Positions 37,420 to 50,643 are shown, counted from the first letter of the stretch. The stretch: DNA of 64,000 bases from Tubulanus polymorphus (GCF_964204645.1 NC_134032.1:1302001-1366000), one strand, 5' to 3'. The notes: generated by a model not told the origin, from the letters alone. Numbers and translations are program-made.

Positions 37420-37491
37420 ATGGCTGGTAAAGGCGATGCTAACATCGCGTTAGGTCCGATCAGACTCGCCGGTATTCATCGTAAATTAAAG
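37420..37491 (+). CDS. IRS1: IRS exon 1 (start of PH domain)
   Basis: gtcATGg; MAGKGDANIALGPIRLAGIHRKLK |gttagt joins to TMKKKYFV giving the IRS-like G..RKLKTMKKKYFV. Confidence 0.85.
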
Positions 37492-40400
37492 GTTAGTTCC
37501 CCTAATCAGTCGGAGGTGGCTATTTCTATGTGGACAGCTCATAGGCCCAACTAAATCCAAAGCGCGGTATGAGCTAATCTGTCAACCACAGAGACTGAAA
37601 TTTACGAAAGTTGAAATTCACTTAGTAGCCTTCAAACGTCTATCAGAATAGTCTGGATCCAGTTCGACAGTTGTGAGTTAAGAATTGACTCGAGAGTTAA
37701 TACTTAATACTTGATACTTAACCCCTTCAGTGCGTCTACACCGCAGTGCAGTGTACGAATCAGTGATGGATTTTGCTAGTACACCGCACTGCGGTGTATT
37801 GATGTAATTAGTAATTACTAATTATCTCTCTTGAAAGATGGCAGCACCAGTCAAACATAGTGAAATATTAGTAACTAAGGATACATCGCACCGCGGTGTA
37901 GACGCACTATAGTGCTATTCCCGTTATTCAACAATCTAGGGTGGAATTTTTCAGAATTTTCAAATTATCTTCAGCACTATAGGGTATTAATTAGTCAGTA
38001 CTGAAAGGGTTAATTCTTGATACTTAATACTGATTCAAAGAGTTCAGAGTTAACTCTAAACTCACAACTGTGGAACTGGGTCCTATCCAGATGGGTCTGT
38101 CAGAATAGTCAAAATAGCCGGACTGTAATCGATTTTGCCGGTGAAAATGTTTTTCGATTCTAAATTAATGAATTGTTTGAATCTCGTCGCAGACGATGAA
38201 AAAGAAGTATTTCGTCGTACGCGAATCGACGGAGAACGAATCGTCGCGAATCGAATACCACGATTCCGAGAAGAAATTTCGCAACAACGCGCAACCGAAA
38301 CGCGCGATAACGCTGAAACACTGCTTCAACATCAACGAGCGAACCGACGTGAAAAATCGCCACGTGGTGGCGCTGTTTACGTTGGACGATTGTTTCTGCG
38401 TGGTGTTCGACGACGCGGCGGAGATGAAACGATGGCTGACGACGCTGCAGGATTTACAACAGAAAGACCAAGAACCCGAAACCTGCAGGCCGAACTTCGG
38501 TAAGATTATATCTCGATTTCAAGATGGCTGACTGGCGGCCGTGCGTCCTTCCCTTACGAAGGGATTTATCAAAATGGCTGCTTTGTGGTCATATTGGATC
38601 CTAGCAGTTCTTGTTCTATATAATAGGTGGCCTCATTAGCTCAGTGGGATAAGGCGTGATGCTCCACTAACAGTGCTTGAGTGACAATGGGTTCGAATCC
38701 TGCTGGTTGCTTACAGTGTGCGGGCAACGCTTCAAAGGCTACGGTCCCGTTTGTCTTGGGAAACCAAGATCCAAGTGACGTAAAGCCAAAACAAACAAAC
38801 AATATTGCAGCCTTTAGGCCTAGGCCTATGTGTATGGCATGAAGAAATGAATTGTTTGGTTGTAGTTTTGAAACTGGGGAGCTTCATCTACGTTTTGATA
38901 ATATACTAGACCCGACCTAGTTGTCGTTTTTTGGAAGAACTGTAGCGCGGAAATGAGCTATAAATAACATTCGCGAATAAGCTTGCAAATACGCATCGGG
39001 CCAATGATGATCGGAAGCGTTGTCCAATGACCCGGGCTCGGTTTCATAGACTGAGCATCGAAGTTATCCCTGCGGGTAAATCCTCAATCTGGGTAACAAC
39101 CACCGTAGTAACAATGAGAAACCATTGTTGTAACTGACGAATTTCAAAATATTCCCGGGGACTATTTTTCTTCCACATTTATGAAACCCAGCCTGTGCAG
39201 TTAGCTCGGTTGTTTGAGTGGAGGACTGGGAACCGAGAGGTCCCTAGTCCGAAAACACCTCTGGGGTTGGCTGTCGAGACACATGCATGGACTAAGCTCT
39301 GCTAACTTAGTCAACCTATAAAAAGGCCCTGGCCGTCTCTTAAGACCCACTAGGGTTACGCTAATTATAACTAATTGCAATTGGGACGTAAACTCTTCTA
39401 AACAGCCCTGGTACCTATTTCTCTGTAACTATTCATGAATTTAGTGAAACTATTACCTAAATCAATTGATGTATTTATTATTTTCTAGATTATGTTTGGC
39501 CGGTTGTGATAAAACCTCGCGGAATCGGCGAGCAGAAAAAACTGGTCGGTCGTTATCGGCTGTGTTTGTCTGAATCGGCGTTGAGTTTCTATCGGTTACA
39601 CGTCGCTGCCGAGCCGGACATCGTCGTGCAGTTCACGTGGATACGCAGGTGCGGCCATACCGATTGTTATTTCTGTATGGAGGTCGGGCGGTCGGCGACC
39701 ACCGGCGCCGGTGAGATCTGGATGCAAGTCGACGACACGTTGACCGCGCAGAACATGCATGAAGCTATTCTAAAGTATGTTTCATCTAAAACCACGGGAT
39801 ACTAGAGGTTCATATTGAACCACGGGTTACTGGGGTTCATATTGAACCATGGGTTACTGGGGGTTCACCTTGAACCACGGGTTACTGGGGTTCATATTGA
39901 ACCACGGGTTACAGGGGGTTCATATTGAACCACGGGTTACAGGGGGTTCACCTTAAACCATGGGTTACTGGGGTTCATTTTAACCACGGGTTACTGGGGG
40001 TTCATATTGAACCATGGGTTACTGGGGTTCATTTTAACCACAGGTTACTGGGGGTTCATATTGAACCACGGGTTACTGGGGGTTCATATTGAACCACGGG
40101 TTACTGGAGGTTCATATTGAACCACAGGTTACTGGGGGTTCACCTTAAACCATGGGTTACTGGGGTTCATATTGGGGTTCTTAGCCTAAGCCATGACTAT
40201 GCAACTGGCCCCAGGTCTTTAAACCAAAAACTGTAGAACTGTATCCGATAGATCTAGTGGAACGATTCATACGAGCTCAAACTAGGTTTGAAAAAAAAAA
40301 CTCTGGTTAACGGGTCACCTCTGTATGATGTATCGAATTATTATTCAGGGGTCCTGCAACTCCTTGATTCCTTGAAAACTCCTTCTAAAGGAACAATATT

Positions 40401-43400
40401 TTTCAAGGTCCTTGAATATCCTTGAATTTGAGCAAAATGTCCAAAAGTCCTTGAAAACTCCTTGAATTTTGAGAAATTGGCAATTTTTTGGCTCTAGGCC
40501 GGGTATTTATACACAGATTCCACCATTAAATGGTTTACTGAGAAAAACAGTCCTGATTTTAGTGGTAGTTGACAGTAATTGATACATGAAAGTGATGCAA
40601 ACATTCCGTGAAGTTAGAAATTTTCTCCTTGAAAAGTCCTTGAATTCTGGAATGACTGATTTGTAGGAACCACCCTGTTATTTGTAGTTCTATGAAGTCG
40701 ATCAAGACCGAAATCGAAACGAAGCCGCCACCGTTCAGACCTCGTAGTCGCAGTTCGGCCGAGAAGTCGAAACCTACCGTACAACGCTCCCACTCGATGT
40801 TAGTATCGAATAACTCGTCGTCGTCGGAGTTCGGCCCGATGCGAGCGCGAACTATGAGCGAAAGTAAGAAAATAACGACCAGGTACGAAACGGTTTCACA
40901 TCTCGCGTTGTTGTTGTCGTCGTTAAATTCAGGGTCCCTACAACTCCTTGAATCCTTGAAAACTCCTTGATTTTTGAATATATTTTCCAAGGTCCTTGAA
41001 AATCCTTTAATTTTGAGAAATATCCATGAACTCCTTAAATTCTGGGAAAGTCCTATTAAAATTTTTCAAAAGGTCCTTCTCAGAAGACAGTGTATTCTAT
41101 TATTCTTCATTGTGTGACTTGTGAAAGTGGTTTCACTTTGAGATTTAAAACATTTAAACATGTAAAACCAAAACGGCACACACAACAACTGATCAAAATT
41201 CGAGAAAAACATGGATTTTGTTTTTGAATTTTCGACGTTTTTTCCTTATATATGACCGCGAAAACCTCCTTGAATTTTGAAAATTACTCCTTGAAAATTC
41301 ATTGAAAAGTCCTTGAATTCTGGATACCAGGAATTGTAGGAACCTTGAAATTAGTCGTCGCTTGGTAAATGGACGAACAAGTAACAACTTACGGAGAAAG
41401 GTATTTCCCGCGAAACTACAAAAGCTGAATACAACGCCATCTAATAGAACAGCTATGAAAATATAAGCTCGAAAACAAATGCAACGATCATTGATGCGGT
41501 TTTATGGCAGGGTGCGATCTAAGCACTTGTCCGATCGCCCGGGACGAGTATATTCTCATCAGGGCAAGTAGGTTACCCTGCGGTACGGGTCGAGAACTGT
41601 GAATGACTTACCTCCTCCTTATCAGAGAGGAACAAGAAAACTAACTTGAAACTTTATTGACGCCTTGAAAAATAACGCATTGCTTAATCGCCAAAATTCA
41701 CAATTTTAACCGTAATTTTGAGATAATTTGAAAATTTTGAAAAATTCCACCCTAGTGTGTTGAATAACGGGAATACCGCTATAGTGCGTCTACACCCCGG
41801 CGCGATGTATAATTGCCATCTTTCACTAGAGTAATTACTAATTACACCAAAACACAGCGGTGCGGTGTACTAGAGATAATTTGAAAATTTTGAAAAATTC
41901 CACCCTAGTGTGTTGAATAACGGGAATACCGCTATAGTGCGTCTACACCCCGGCGCGATGTATAATTGCCATCTTTCACTAGAGTAATTACTAATTACAC
42001 CAAAACACAGCGGTGCGGTGTACTAGCAAAATCCATCACTGATTTTCACCCCGCACTGCGGTGTAGACGCACTGAAAGGGTTAAGATAACCAAGTATGCA
42101 TGCATTATAAAACAATACAGAGTAGGTTTTAAGAGTAGGTTTGGCTAAAAAGGATAAGCCAATATTGATGACGTAGTGCACATCGACTCACGCAGAACCC
42201 CTTCAATATCTCATACTAGGTATTAATACGCAAAAACATTATTGTAACGGTTTTTACGGCGTCAAAAAAGTTCAAAAGCTTCAGCAAGGTAAATCATTCT
42301 AAAACGTTCTAACGTTTAACCCTTTCAGTGCGTCTACACCGCAGTGCGGTGTATGAATCGGTGATTGATTTTGCTAGTACACCGCACTGAGGTGTATTGA
42401 TGAAATTAGTAATTATCTCTCTTGAAAAATAGCAGCACCTGTCAAACATAGTGAAATACTAGTAACTAACGATACACCGCGCCGGGGTGTAGACGCACTA
42501 TAGTGGTATTCCCGTTATTCAACACACTAGGGTGGAATTTCTCAAAATATTCAAATTATCTCCAGCACTATAGCGTATTAATTAGTCAGCACTGAAATGT
42601 TTAATATGAGATATGTTGTGTTTATTTTCAGTCGTAAGGATGTAGCGATGGTTGATACGGAGCGTCGCGGGTATCGCGTCAGATCGAACAGTACCGATTC
42701 GCACGGCGCGTCGACCTGTAGTTCATCGGCCGCATCGTCTCAGATCGATGATTTAGACTCGTCTCATTTGAAAGGGTAAATAAATAAATATCGTCGATCC
42801 GTCGTTAGATCGATGTTAAAGATTGTGAAAAATGGATGTACGCTTGGTGAAGATTTGACTCATTGAAAATGTACTGATTTTAACTCAAACTCACAACTGT
42901 GAAACTAGATCCTGAGTTCAGAGTTAACTCTAACTCACAACTGTGTAACTAGATCCTGAGTTCAGAGTTAACTCTTAAGTCACAACTGTGAAACTAGATC
43001 CTGAGTTCAGAGTTAACTCAAAAACTCAGAACTGTGGAACTGGATTCAGTTAATTAGTTCATAGTTAGTTCATTTTCAATGAATTAACTCTAGAGTCAAA
43101 AGTTAATTCACAACTGCGAAACTGGATCCCAGTGTTTTGTGAAATTCGCGAAAAAAAGAACAACAATGTTAAGGATTTGAAGAAAATGTGATGTTCCAGA
43201 GTTCATCGATCAGACGTATCTGTAAACCATAGCGGAAACTGTTACTCACATTCTGACTAATTAATAATGAGACGAGTAGTACTGTTAACTGTTTATTTGA
43301 CGCACGAGCTTTCGCTACTACCGGTAATTGATAGAAGCTTTATCGGATAAATGAGAAAATAGTTAAATAGTTAACCTATACTACTACTAGTTACATCTGG

Positions 43401-44675
43401 TAACCTATACTACTACTAGTTACATCTGGTTATTTATTCTAAACCCGGTTAACACCAGGCTACTCTACAATTGAATCTTCTCATCACATTTTGACTGTCA
43501 TCACTGATGTTCATTTTGTAGATCAAACAGTGATTTCGGTGATAATTGCTATTTTGATATGGGTCCAGCCTCATCCAGCTGTAATGGTACGATTATTGTT
43601 TATTTATCGATTGATTTTCATCCCTCTGTTGTACTGTTGATTAATGAAATGATTTCGATGTTGATGTCTATAGTTTCAGCTGCGTCGACCCCGTCGTCGA
43701 GCTCGGGTCTACCATCATTCAACACCATTCTTCAAACTTCTCAAACTTCTATTCATCCTCAAGGTAAACAACATATACTTTAACTAATCCAATCAGGTTT
43801 TCTAGGTCTACCCAATCATGGGTAGGTTTAATAGTTTAGGTTGATCCAATCAGATTTGTTTAATAGTTTAGGTTGATCCAATCAGATTAGTTTTATAGTT
43901 TAGGTTGATCCAATCAGATTGGTTTAATAGTTTAGGTTGATCCAATCAGATTGGTTTAATAGTTTAGGTTGATCCAATCAGATTGGTTTTATAGATTAGG
44001 TTGATCCAATCAGATTTGTTTAATAGTTTAGGTTGATCCAATCAGATTGGTTTAATAGTTTAGGTTGATCCAATCAGATTGGTTTAATAGTTTAGGTTGA
44101 TCCAATCAGATTGGTTTAAAAGTTCAGGTTGATCCAATCAGATTGGTTTAATAGTTTAGGTTGATCCAATCAGATTGGTTTAAAAGTTCAGGTTGATCCA
44201 ATCAGATTGGTTTAATAGTTTAGGTTGATCCAATCAGATTGGTTTTATAGTTTAGATTGATCCAATCAGATTGGTTTGATAGTTTAGGTTGATCCAATCA
44301 AATTAGTTTAATAGTTTCGCTCCATTTTCAGGTGATTATATGGATATGGCAGACGGTATTCCAGGTGGCGCCACTTTGACGTTACCGCTGGATTCTGGGT
44401 ATTTAGATATGACGCCAGTTGTGCAGATGCTTCCTACACTAGCCGAACAAACTGGTGCGTGTTTTCACTGTTTTACTATTACAGCCATACTCCGTAATAA
44501 GAGGCTGACTTCTTTTTCAACGCCACTCCTTACTTTAACGCGGTAGTGACTCACAACACCAGCCATTGTAGAAAACACTTCTCCCTGGGAGAGATGACTG
44601 ATTCATGGAATAGAGTTAGAGGCTGGGGGGTAATTATACCAAAGTTGGAACGCATCTGAACTCAGTCTGGTGTCA

Positions 44676-44709
<34 letters not shown>

Positions 44710-46840
44710 GTACGACATTTTGTGGGAGGACGTTTGGGGGGTAATTAGTGAAGCTAATGCTGATATTCCTAGTTGTAATGTGTTGATAGACGGATTACGT
44801 ACAGTAATTTAATGAGAGGTGTTAATACAGCGTTAATAGACCTCCTTACACAACCCCCACTGAAGGGATCGGCAAGTGACGTAAGTTACAACCTGAAAGT
44901 GTCCTCGGGGATCAATTTAAGATCGCTCCCTCCCTGCTATCTTTTTCAAAGTTGAACGGTAAACTTCAACAAATCAACAGTAGTTTCGATTGTTAACCCT
45001 TTCAGTGCTGACTAATTAATACCCTATAGTGCTGAAGATAATTTGAAAATTCTGAAAAATTCCACCCTGGTGTGTTGAATACTGCGGTGCAGTGTATCAT
45101 TAGTTACTAATATTTCACTATGTTTGACAGATTCTGCCATCTTTCAAGAGAGATAATTACAAATTACTAATTAAATCAATACACCGCAGTGCGGTGTACT
45201 AGCAAAATCATCACGGATTTATACACCGCACTGCGGTATAGACGCACTGAAAGGGTTAAAATGTATTTATTGTTGCTATTATTTCAGGAATGGAAGGTTA
45301 TTTTGACATGCAGCAGATGAAGTGTCCACTGGCGGCAGCAGTTGCTGCAGCTGCGGCCGATGACTCGATCCCTAAACCGGATAAAGTGATCAGTTACCTG
45401 ACGGACGACTCGTCGACGTACTCCGACGATTTTCCTAAAAGAGCGTATTCGGTCGGCAGTAAACCGGACTTTAAAAAAACGAACATTCCGTATCTGGACC
45501 GCGAGACTCTCGAAGGCCCGCTCGATAAAACCGACTCGAAGAGCTCGAGCGCGCCGCATTTAACGTCAGATAAACTGCGGGTACCGGACTCGATCGCGGA
45601 CTCGCACAGTCCGAGTTCGGGATCGTCGATTCGGTCGTTTCGCGACGGCGACGACGACGAACTGTTCATGGAGATGGATTTCCCGCGCGCGCGCACGTCC
45701 AGCGAGAGTTATGGCACGCGAGCGCGTACGTCCAGTTGGGGTCAGAATTTCCGGCCGCGATCGTCGTCGACGACGACGCGTTTGCGTCGCACGTCGAACG
45801 ACTCGAGTCGCGCGTCGAGTCGCAACTCGTCGTCGGAGTTCATCTGTAAATCGGACACGGCCAGCGTTAGCGGGTTAGTGACGGATTCCACCGATAAACT
45901 GAAGGACGCGAGCGCCGCCACGAAGAGTTTCACGAAGCGCGCAACCTGCGCGCGCGCGTCGTCTCTCAGAGAAAATGATTTCGTCGTCGTGTCGTCGTCG
46001 GCGTCGCCCGAGAAACCAACTCTGAAATCGAGGCTGGCGGCCGCTGTGTCGTCGGGGCGACGGTCGTCGATCGACCGCTCCGTTTATTACCCGCGTTCTA
46101 CGTCGCCGTGGAAACCACCTGTCTCATCGGCTGCGTCGGGGGCTGCGGGGAAGATACCCGAATTACCGACCCCCGAATTACCGACCCCGGGTTCAGTGGC
46201 CCCGGTAGTTTCACTGTTCTCTACGACAGCGCCGGTCCTGAGGAGCCCGGAATTATCAACGAGCCTGGTTAAAGTGATGCCAGTATCAGCGACCACAGTA
46301 GTCCCTGCGACCACGGTAGTCCCTGCGACGGCAGTAGTCCCTGCGACCGCGGTCGTCCCAGCGACCGCGGATTCTACCAGTCCGTTCGACCCGTACGTGG
46401 AATACGACGCCGCCGTTACTGATACTTATATCATCGCTACGTCTGCCTGTACGACACCGGTGCTGCCCTCTATGTTACACACGGTATCCGCCGGTGTACG
46501 CGATGATCCTTCCCCGGCGGTACCGGCCGCGTTGTCTAGCGATAACGCCGAGGTCGACGCGAAACCCGTCGGTCCCGTCTCGGACGAGGGCGACTACTTC
46601 ATCATGGAAACGAAAAAAACATCGACGACGGACGACGCCAACAATGTCACCGCCGTAACCCCTAGCGACGAATTAAACTATGCATCTCTAGATTTGAAAG
46701 CGGTCGAACTCGGGTCGACGCGAGGTCCCGTTACGGCAGCGTCGGACTCCGTGCCCGTACAATACGCCGATATCGACTTCGATAAGTCTATCAAAAATGG
46801 CACGGACGATCCGTTCGACTTTCTGAAAGATTCTGATTGA
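37420..46840 (+). CDS. IRS1: Insulin receptor substrate (IRS/chico family), whole gene span (9 coding exons, about 944 aa)
   Basis: Phase-consistent exons sum to 2835 nt; PH domain, IRS-type PTB domain (IRRCGH...FCMEVGRSATTGAGEIWMQVDD), RPRSRS, several YxxM, KRAYSVGSKP, LNYASLDL and YADIDF. The symbol indicates family; orthology to one vertebrate paralog is not implied. Confidence 0.92.
37718..38013 (-). mobile_element. piggyBac-type MITE family A, copy 4 (nested in Harbinger-type family B, about 37653-38083)
   Basis: Reverse-orientation copy with TTAA at both ends. Confidence 0.9.
38193..38499 (+). CDS. IRS1: IRS exon 2 (PH domain)
   Basis: tcgcag| TMKKKYFVVRE...IEYHDSEKKF...PKRAITLKHCFNINER...RPNF g|gtaaga. 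Confidence 0.94.
38628..38802 (+). mobile_element. tRNA-derived SINE
   Basis: A box TAGCTCAGTGG, B box GGTTCGAATCC, non-tRNA body, gacgtaaagcc plus (AAAC)n tail. Confidence 0.7.
39489..39774 (+). CDS. IRS1: IRS exon 3 (PTB domain)
   Basis: tttctag| (D)YVWPVVIKPRGIG...YRLCLS...IRRCGH...AQNMHEAIL aa|gtatgt. Confidence 0.95.
39788..40170. repeat. 28-29-bp minisatellite just after the IRS exon 3 donor
   Basis: aaccacgggttactgggggttcatattg. Confidence 0.93.
40347..40677. mobile_element. CAGGG-terminated non-autonomous DNA element with ccttgaa subterminal repeats
   Basis: caggggtcctgcaa ... ttgtaggaaccaccctg; related copy at 40929-41346. Confidence 0.7.
40688..40882 (+). CDS. IRS1: IRS exon 4
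   Basis: tttgtag| (N)SMKSIK...FRPRSRSSAE...RARTMSESKKITT ag|gtacga. Confidence 0.88.
40929..41346. mobile_element. Second copy of the ccttgaa element
   Basis: cagggtccctacaactccttgaa ... aattgtaggaaccttg. Confidence 0.7.
41720..42084 (+). mobile_element. piggyBac-type MITE family A, copy 5 (left end lost, internal 153-bp tandem duplication)
   Basis: Body matches family; right TIR GCACTGAAAGGG-TTAA intact. Confidence 0.85.
42316..42604 (-). mobile_element. piggyBac-type MITE family A, copy 6
   Basis: Reverse copy ending about 27 nt before the IRS exon 5 acceptor. Confidence 0.9.
42632..42775 (+). CDS. IRS1: IRS exon 5
   Basis: ttttcag| (S)RKDVAMVDTERRGYRVRSNSTDSHGAS...DSSHLK gg|gtaaat. Confidence 0.8.
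43522..43586 (+). CDS. IRS1: IRS exon 6 (YFDM motif)
   Basis: tttgtag| (G)SNSDFGDNCYFDMGPASSSCN g|gtacga; phases fit both neighbours. Confidence 0.78.
43674..43763 (+). CDS. IRS1: IRS exon 7
   Basis: tctatag| (V)SAASTPSSSSGLPSFNTILQTSQTSIHPQ g|gtaaac. Confidence 0.7.
43828..44316. repeat. 34-bp minisatellite filling IRS intron 7
   Basis: tttaatagtttaggttgatccaatcagattgg. Confidence 0.95.
44332..44454 (+). CDS. IRS1: IRS exon 8 (YMDM and YLDM PI3K-binding motifs)
   Basis: ttttcag| (G)DYMDMADGIPGGATLTLPLDSGYLDMTPVVQMLPTLAEQT g|gtgcgt. Confidence 0.87.
44993..45259 (+). mobile_element. piggyBac-type MITE family A, copy 7
   Basis: TIRs and TTAA intact; ends about 28 nt before the IRS exon 9 acceptor. 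Confidence 0.9.
45288..46840 (+). CDS. IRS1: IRS exon 9 (long last exon)
   Basis: atttcag| continues into the 516-aa ORF; YFDM, PDKVISYL, DFPKRAYSVGSKP, YFIM, LNYASLDL, YADIDF. Confidence 0.92.
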
Positions 46841-47587
46841 TTTATTATACATCTCAAACGTCTCCCCCTGTGACATTCCCCCTATGACATCATCATCAAA
46901 TATTATAACGGCGCTGAAATCTTCAAGATTTGGTGAAGAATAATGATCTCGTACGGGGATTTATTGGGGCTGCTGATATGTCATGCCAGTAAAATAATAT
47001 TCTTTGTTTGGTGTGTTTGGTCTTAACGGATTAACGATTGTTCGTTATTTTTTCTCGTAGAAAAAGGGGCTCAGGTTCAATTCGATAGCTCCCCCTGGTT
47101 GTAGTATCGGTACTACTCGCGCGTAGTAAGCTGAGTTAACGCTATCGCTAGTAAGTCCGCTATGGCCGTACTTGGAACGGACTAGAATGTGGCAGATGAT
47201 GTGCTTTCACGTACATTTTTAAAGCCGCAGTTATGACCCAGTAATGCATAGTTTCTATCACGCAGAGTATAGTCTGTTCTCAGATTTACGAAGCGCCTGG
47301 ATCAGTCGTTTCGGTCAGTCTAGATTGGTCTGTTTTAAAATTGACCAATTTAGAACGAGAGTTTTTGCCAGTGGAATTGAGAATGCTAGAATTGAGAGCG
47401 TTCTGATCAACGTATGGTAAATGCGGCGGCGTTTCAGGGTTTCACTGATAGAGGGCGGTGTTTGTATCAATGTCATCCGTCCTGTTTTAAACATAACCTC
47501 TTCAGGACCCGGTTCCTCTTGACTCTCAGTTAATAAACATTAAAAATAAAATAATTTAATAGGATGATATCTCCGATAATTTAATCG

Positions 47588-48110
47588 GATGATATCTCGG
47601 ATAAATCGATGTATTCTCGGCGTTATCGATGATATCTCGGATAAACCGATGTATTCTCGGCGTTATTGATGATATCTCGGATAAACTGATGTATGCTCGG
47701 CGTTATCGATGATATCTCTGATAAACTGATGCATTATCGACGATATCTCGGATAAATCGATGTATTCTCGGTGTTAACGATGATATCTCGGATAAACAGA
47801 TGTATTCTCGGCGTTATCGATGATATCTCTGATAAACCGATGTATTCTCGGCGTTATCGATGATATCTCGGATAAACCGATGCATTCTCGGCGTTATCGA
47901 TGATATCTCTGATAAACCGATGTATTCTCGGCGTTATCGATGATATCTCGGATAAACCGATGCATTCTCGGCGTTAACGATGATATCTCGGATAAACGGA
48001 TGGATTCTCGGCGTTATCGATGATATCTCGGATAAACTGATGTATAATCGGCGTTATCGATGATATCTCGGATAAACCGATGTATTATCGGCGATATCGA
48101 CGATATCTCG
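47588..48110. repeat. 40-bp minisatellite in IRS 3' region
   Basis: gatgatatctcggataaaccgatgtattctcggcgttatc. Confidence 0.95.
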
Positions 48111-50643
48111 CATTCATTTTTCAAACTGTTCTGAAATCAATACATTAGACAAGTGGTAATGAAATGATACTGATAGACAATGACTATAATTCTTTAAGAA
48201 TAATAAATGCGAGATATCATCAATATGCAGATGTGGATCCAGGGGAAATTATGAGACTCGTTCAAGTCCATCAAATTTTTTTTTTAGCGCCCTTTTTATT
48301 TTGTCAACGTAGATAATTGGTGCATTTCTGGATCCGCCCTTGATACGTGGGATTTTTATCTGGAGTCGAATGTAACCACGGAACCGGGTCCAAGGACCAG
48401 TGTCATGAAAAAGTTAATTCGGTTAATTCGCTGACCGATTACTTCATATATTCTAATGAGGAAAATCGATTCAACGCCGTAAAAGTTCTCAACTGAATGC
48501 TTTCTCATGAAACTGGACCTGCCGTCGCGGGTTTTGTGTTGTTTTTTTTTTTGAACATTGAAATTCTGCACGGGTAAAAAACAAATGAACAAACAGAGTT
48601 TCATCATCAAAAATCTCTCGGGGAAAATTAATATATTACGAATATGTTGTTTTTATTTCGTTTTTTTTTTTCTATCGAAAAGAAAAGAAGGAAATATTTG
48701 TTTGTGTTTATATGACTATGTATCGTGGTTCGAAGAATAAGGGGTCAGTCAAAAATATTACGATAATCTACATTGTTTTCTATGTAAGTTGTTCTTATGA
48801 AATGTGGGTATTTTATTGATTTCTAGAGGGCCCCCCCCGATGTGATTCTCTATTTAAATATCTCCAGCGTTTTCCATATTTTTCTAGTCATCGTCGTAAA
48901 ATGAGAATGAATGAATGACTTTGAATTATTTTATTTATGAATGAAAATAATTTGTGCTATTTTTGTGTTTAATTTAAAGATGGCCGCTACAGCAGCGTTA
49001 TGTATGAATGAATGAATGCAGTATGAAATCATAGGAATCGTTTTTACGCAATTCTGTGCACTTCTCAACAAAACGCTGAAAATAATCAACAATTTATTAT
49101 AAATTATTGTAAATTTATTCGTAAATAAATTAAGAGAAGTAATAAATATTCGTTGTTATTTTTGTGAGGCTCGAACCCGATTGAGTTTCCGAGGATTTCC
49201 TCGATATAATTTTGCTTCTATGGCGTCATTCATTAACGTGCGTTTCCGATTTTGGGGGTAGAATTTTAATCGTCTGTGTGTAATATCCCGATAGATGGCG
49301 AATTCGTCGCCGCTGCTACGAGCTATTTTCATTTCAATACGCCTACGTCAAAGTGAACTGTTGTTAATTCTTCGATTTACCAATTCGTACCGATATAAAA
49401 TTGAATTCCGATCCTAGAATTCTCATAAATATCACCCAGAAATATTAAATATCGCATTTTAAAGCCGTAATCTGGAAAACGGTCGGCGCTATTTTAGCTG
49501 CGTATGTACACTGAAAAGATGTTGTTAGGCTCAATAATCGCTTTGGATATTTTGTGTGATTTTTGTGTTATACGTAAGTTTTTAAAGCCGTTAATCCTAA
49601 TCCATTTCGATAGGTGTAATATATTTGTTCAGTTGGCCCGACTGCCTTGACCCAACAGTGTTCCATTGTTCGGTTATTGGTAAGTTTAAGGTAGCGTAAA
49701 TTCGGTTGTAACTGTAATAAGTAAATCAATCACCGAGGAGTCAGTCAGAAGTCATGGAGGAAGAAGCAGTTCAGCACAAATCATCAAAAAATTAAAACCA
49801 CCAGACGCACACAGTTTACAGAGTGGCACTAACTGAAAAGACCCCCTTTTGTAGACAATCACAGGGGGTAATTTATCAGGGGTTTTTGTCGACCAGCGCA
49901 AAAAAGGAGGCCTAGGTCGGTCGTGTACCTGTGTACAAATCTGGGTCACGATCAGGGCGGGTGTGGAGCCCTGAGTAGGCAATGGGCTTGGGCTGGTTTT
50001 CCTGAGAAAGGACGTGGCCAACAGCATGTTTGGTGAGGGCTTCGTCATCGGTAGTAACGCCTGAGAATGGGGACAGGGTACTGGTAAATGAAGATCAGGT
50101 TTATGTCGCTAAATAAAGCTTAGGTCCCTAAATCTAAGAACGTACTTGGATATGAGTCGACTGTCTGCATGTTGGTGATGACAACGCATAGGTCTATAGA
50201 ATAGAAGGTTTAAAGTTGGCTGCAAGGGCGATGACTTGATCAGCCAATCAGAACCCTCACATCAGATTGACGGGCGCACAGTAACCAAACGGATCTTGTT
50301 TTCAACTGGGCCTAAAATAAAGTAGCCTAATTATTAATGAAACTAGGAGTCCAGGAACACCACGCCTTTTTGGTTTGAAACTCTTCACAATCTAACATTT
50401 TCAATATTCAATGCCCCCCTGGTGTACATGGACAGAAATGACCTTGAAATTCAATCATAAGAAAATATCATGAGCTACAATTTTTGTAGCCTTTGTGGGC
50501 CATATGTCACTAGATGGCGTTGAATAGCGGAATAGTTCTGTCTTTATAGACACTAAGGCTATGATGGCAAGGCGATCATGTTGTGTAAGCGATCTATAGG
50601 CCTAAGATCAAACAATGAGTTGATCTATCACATCAATCTTCAG

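Noticed and set aside
38628-38710. Possible tRNA gene
   Set aside because: A and B boxes present but no convincing acceptor stem or cloverleaf; SINE-like tail follows.
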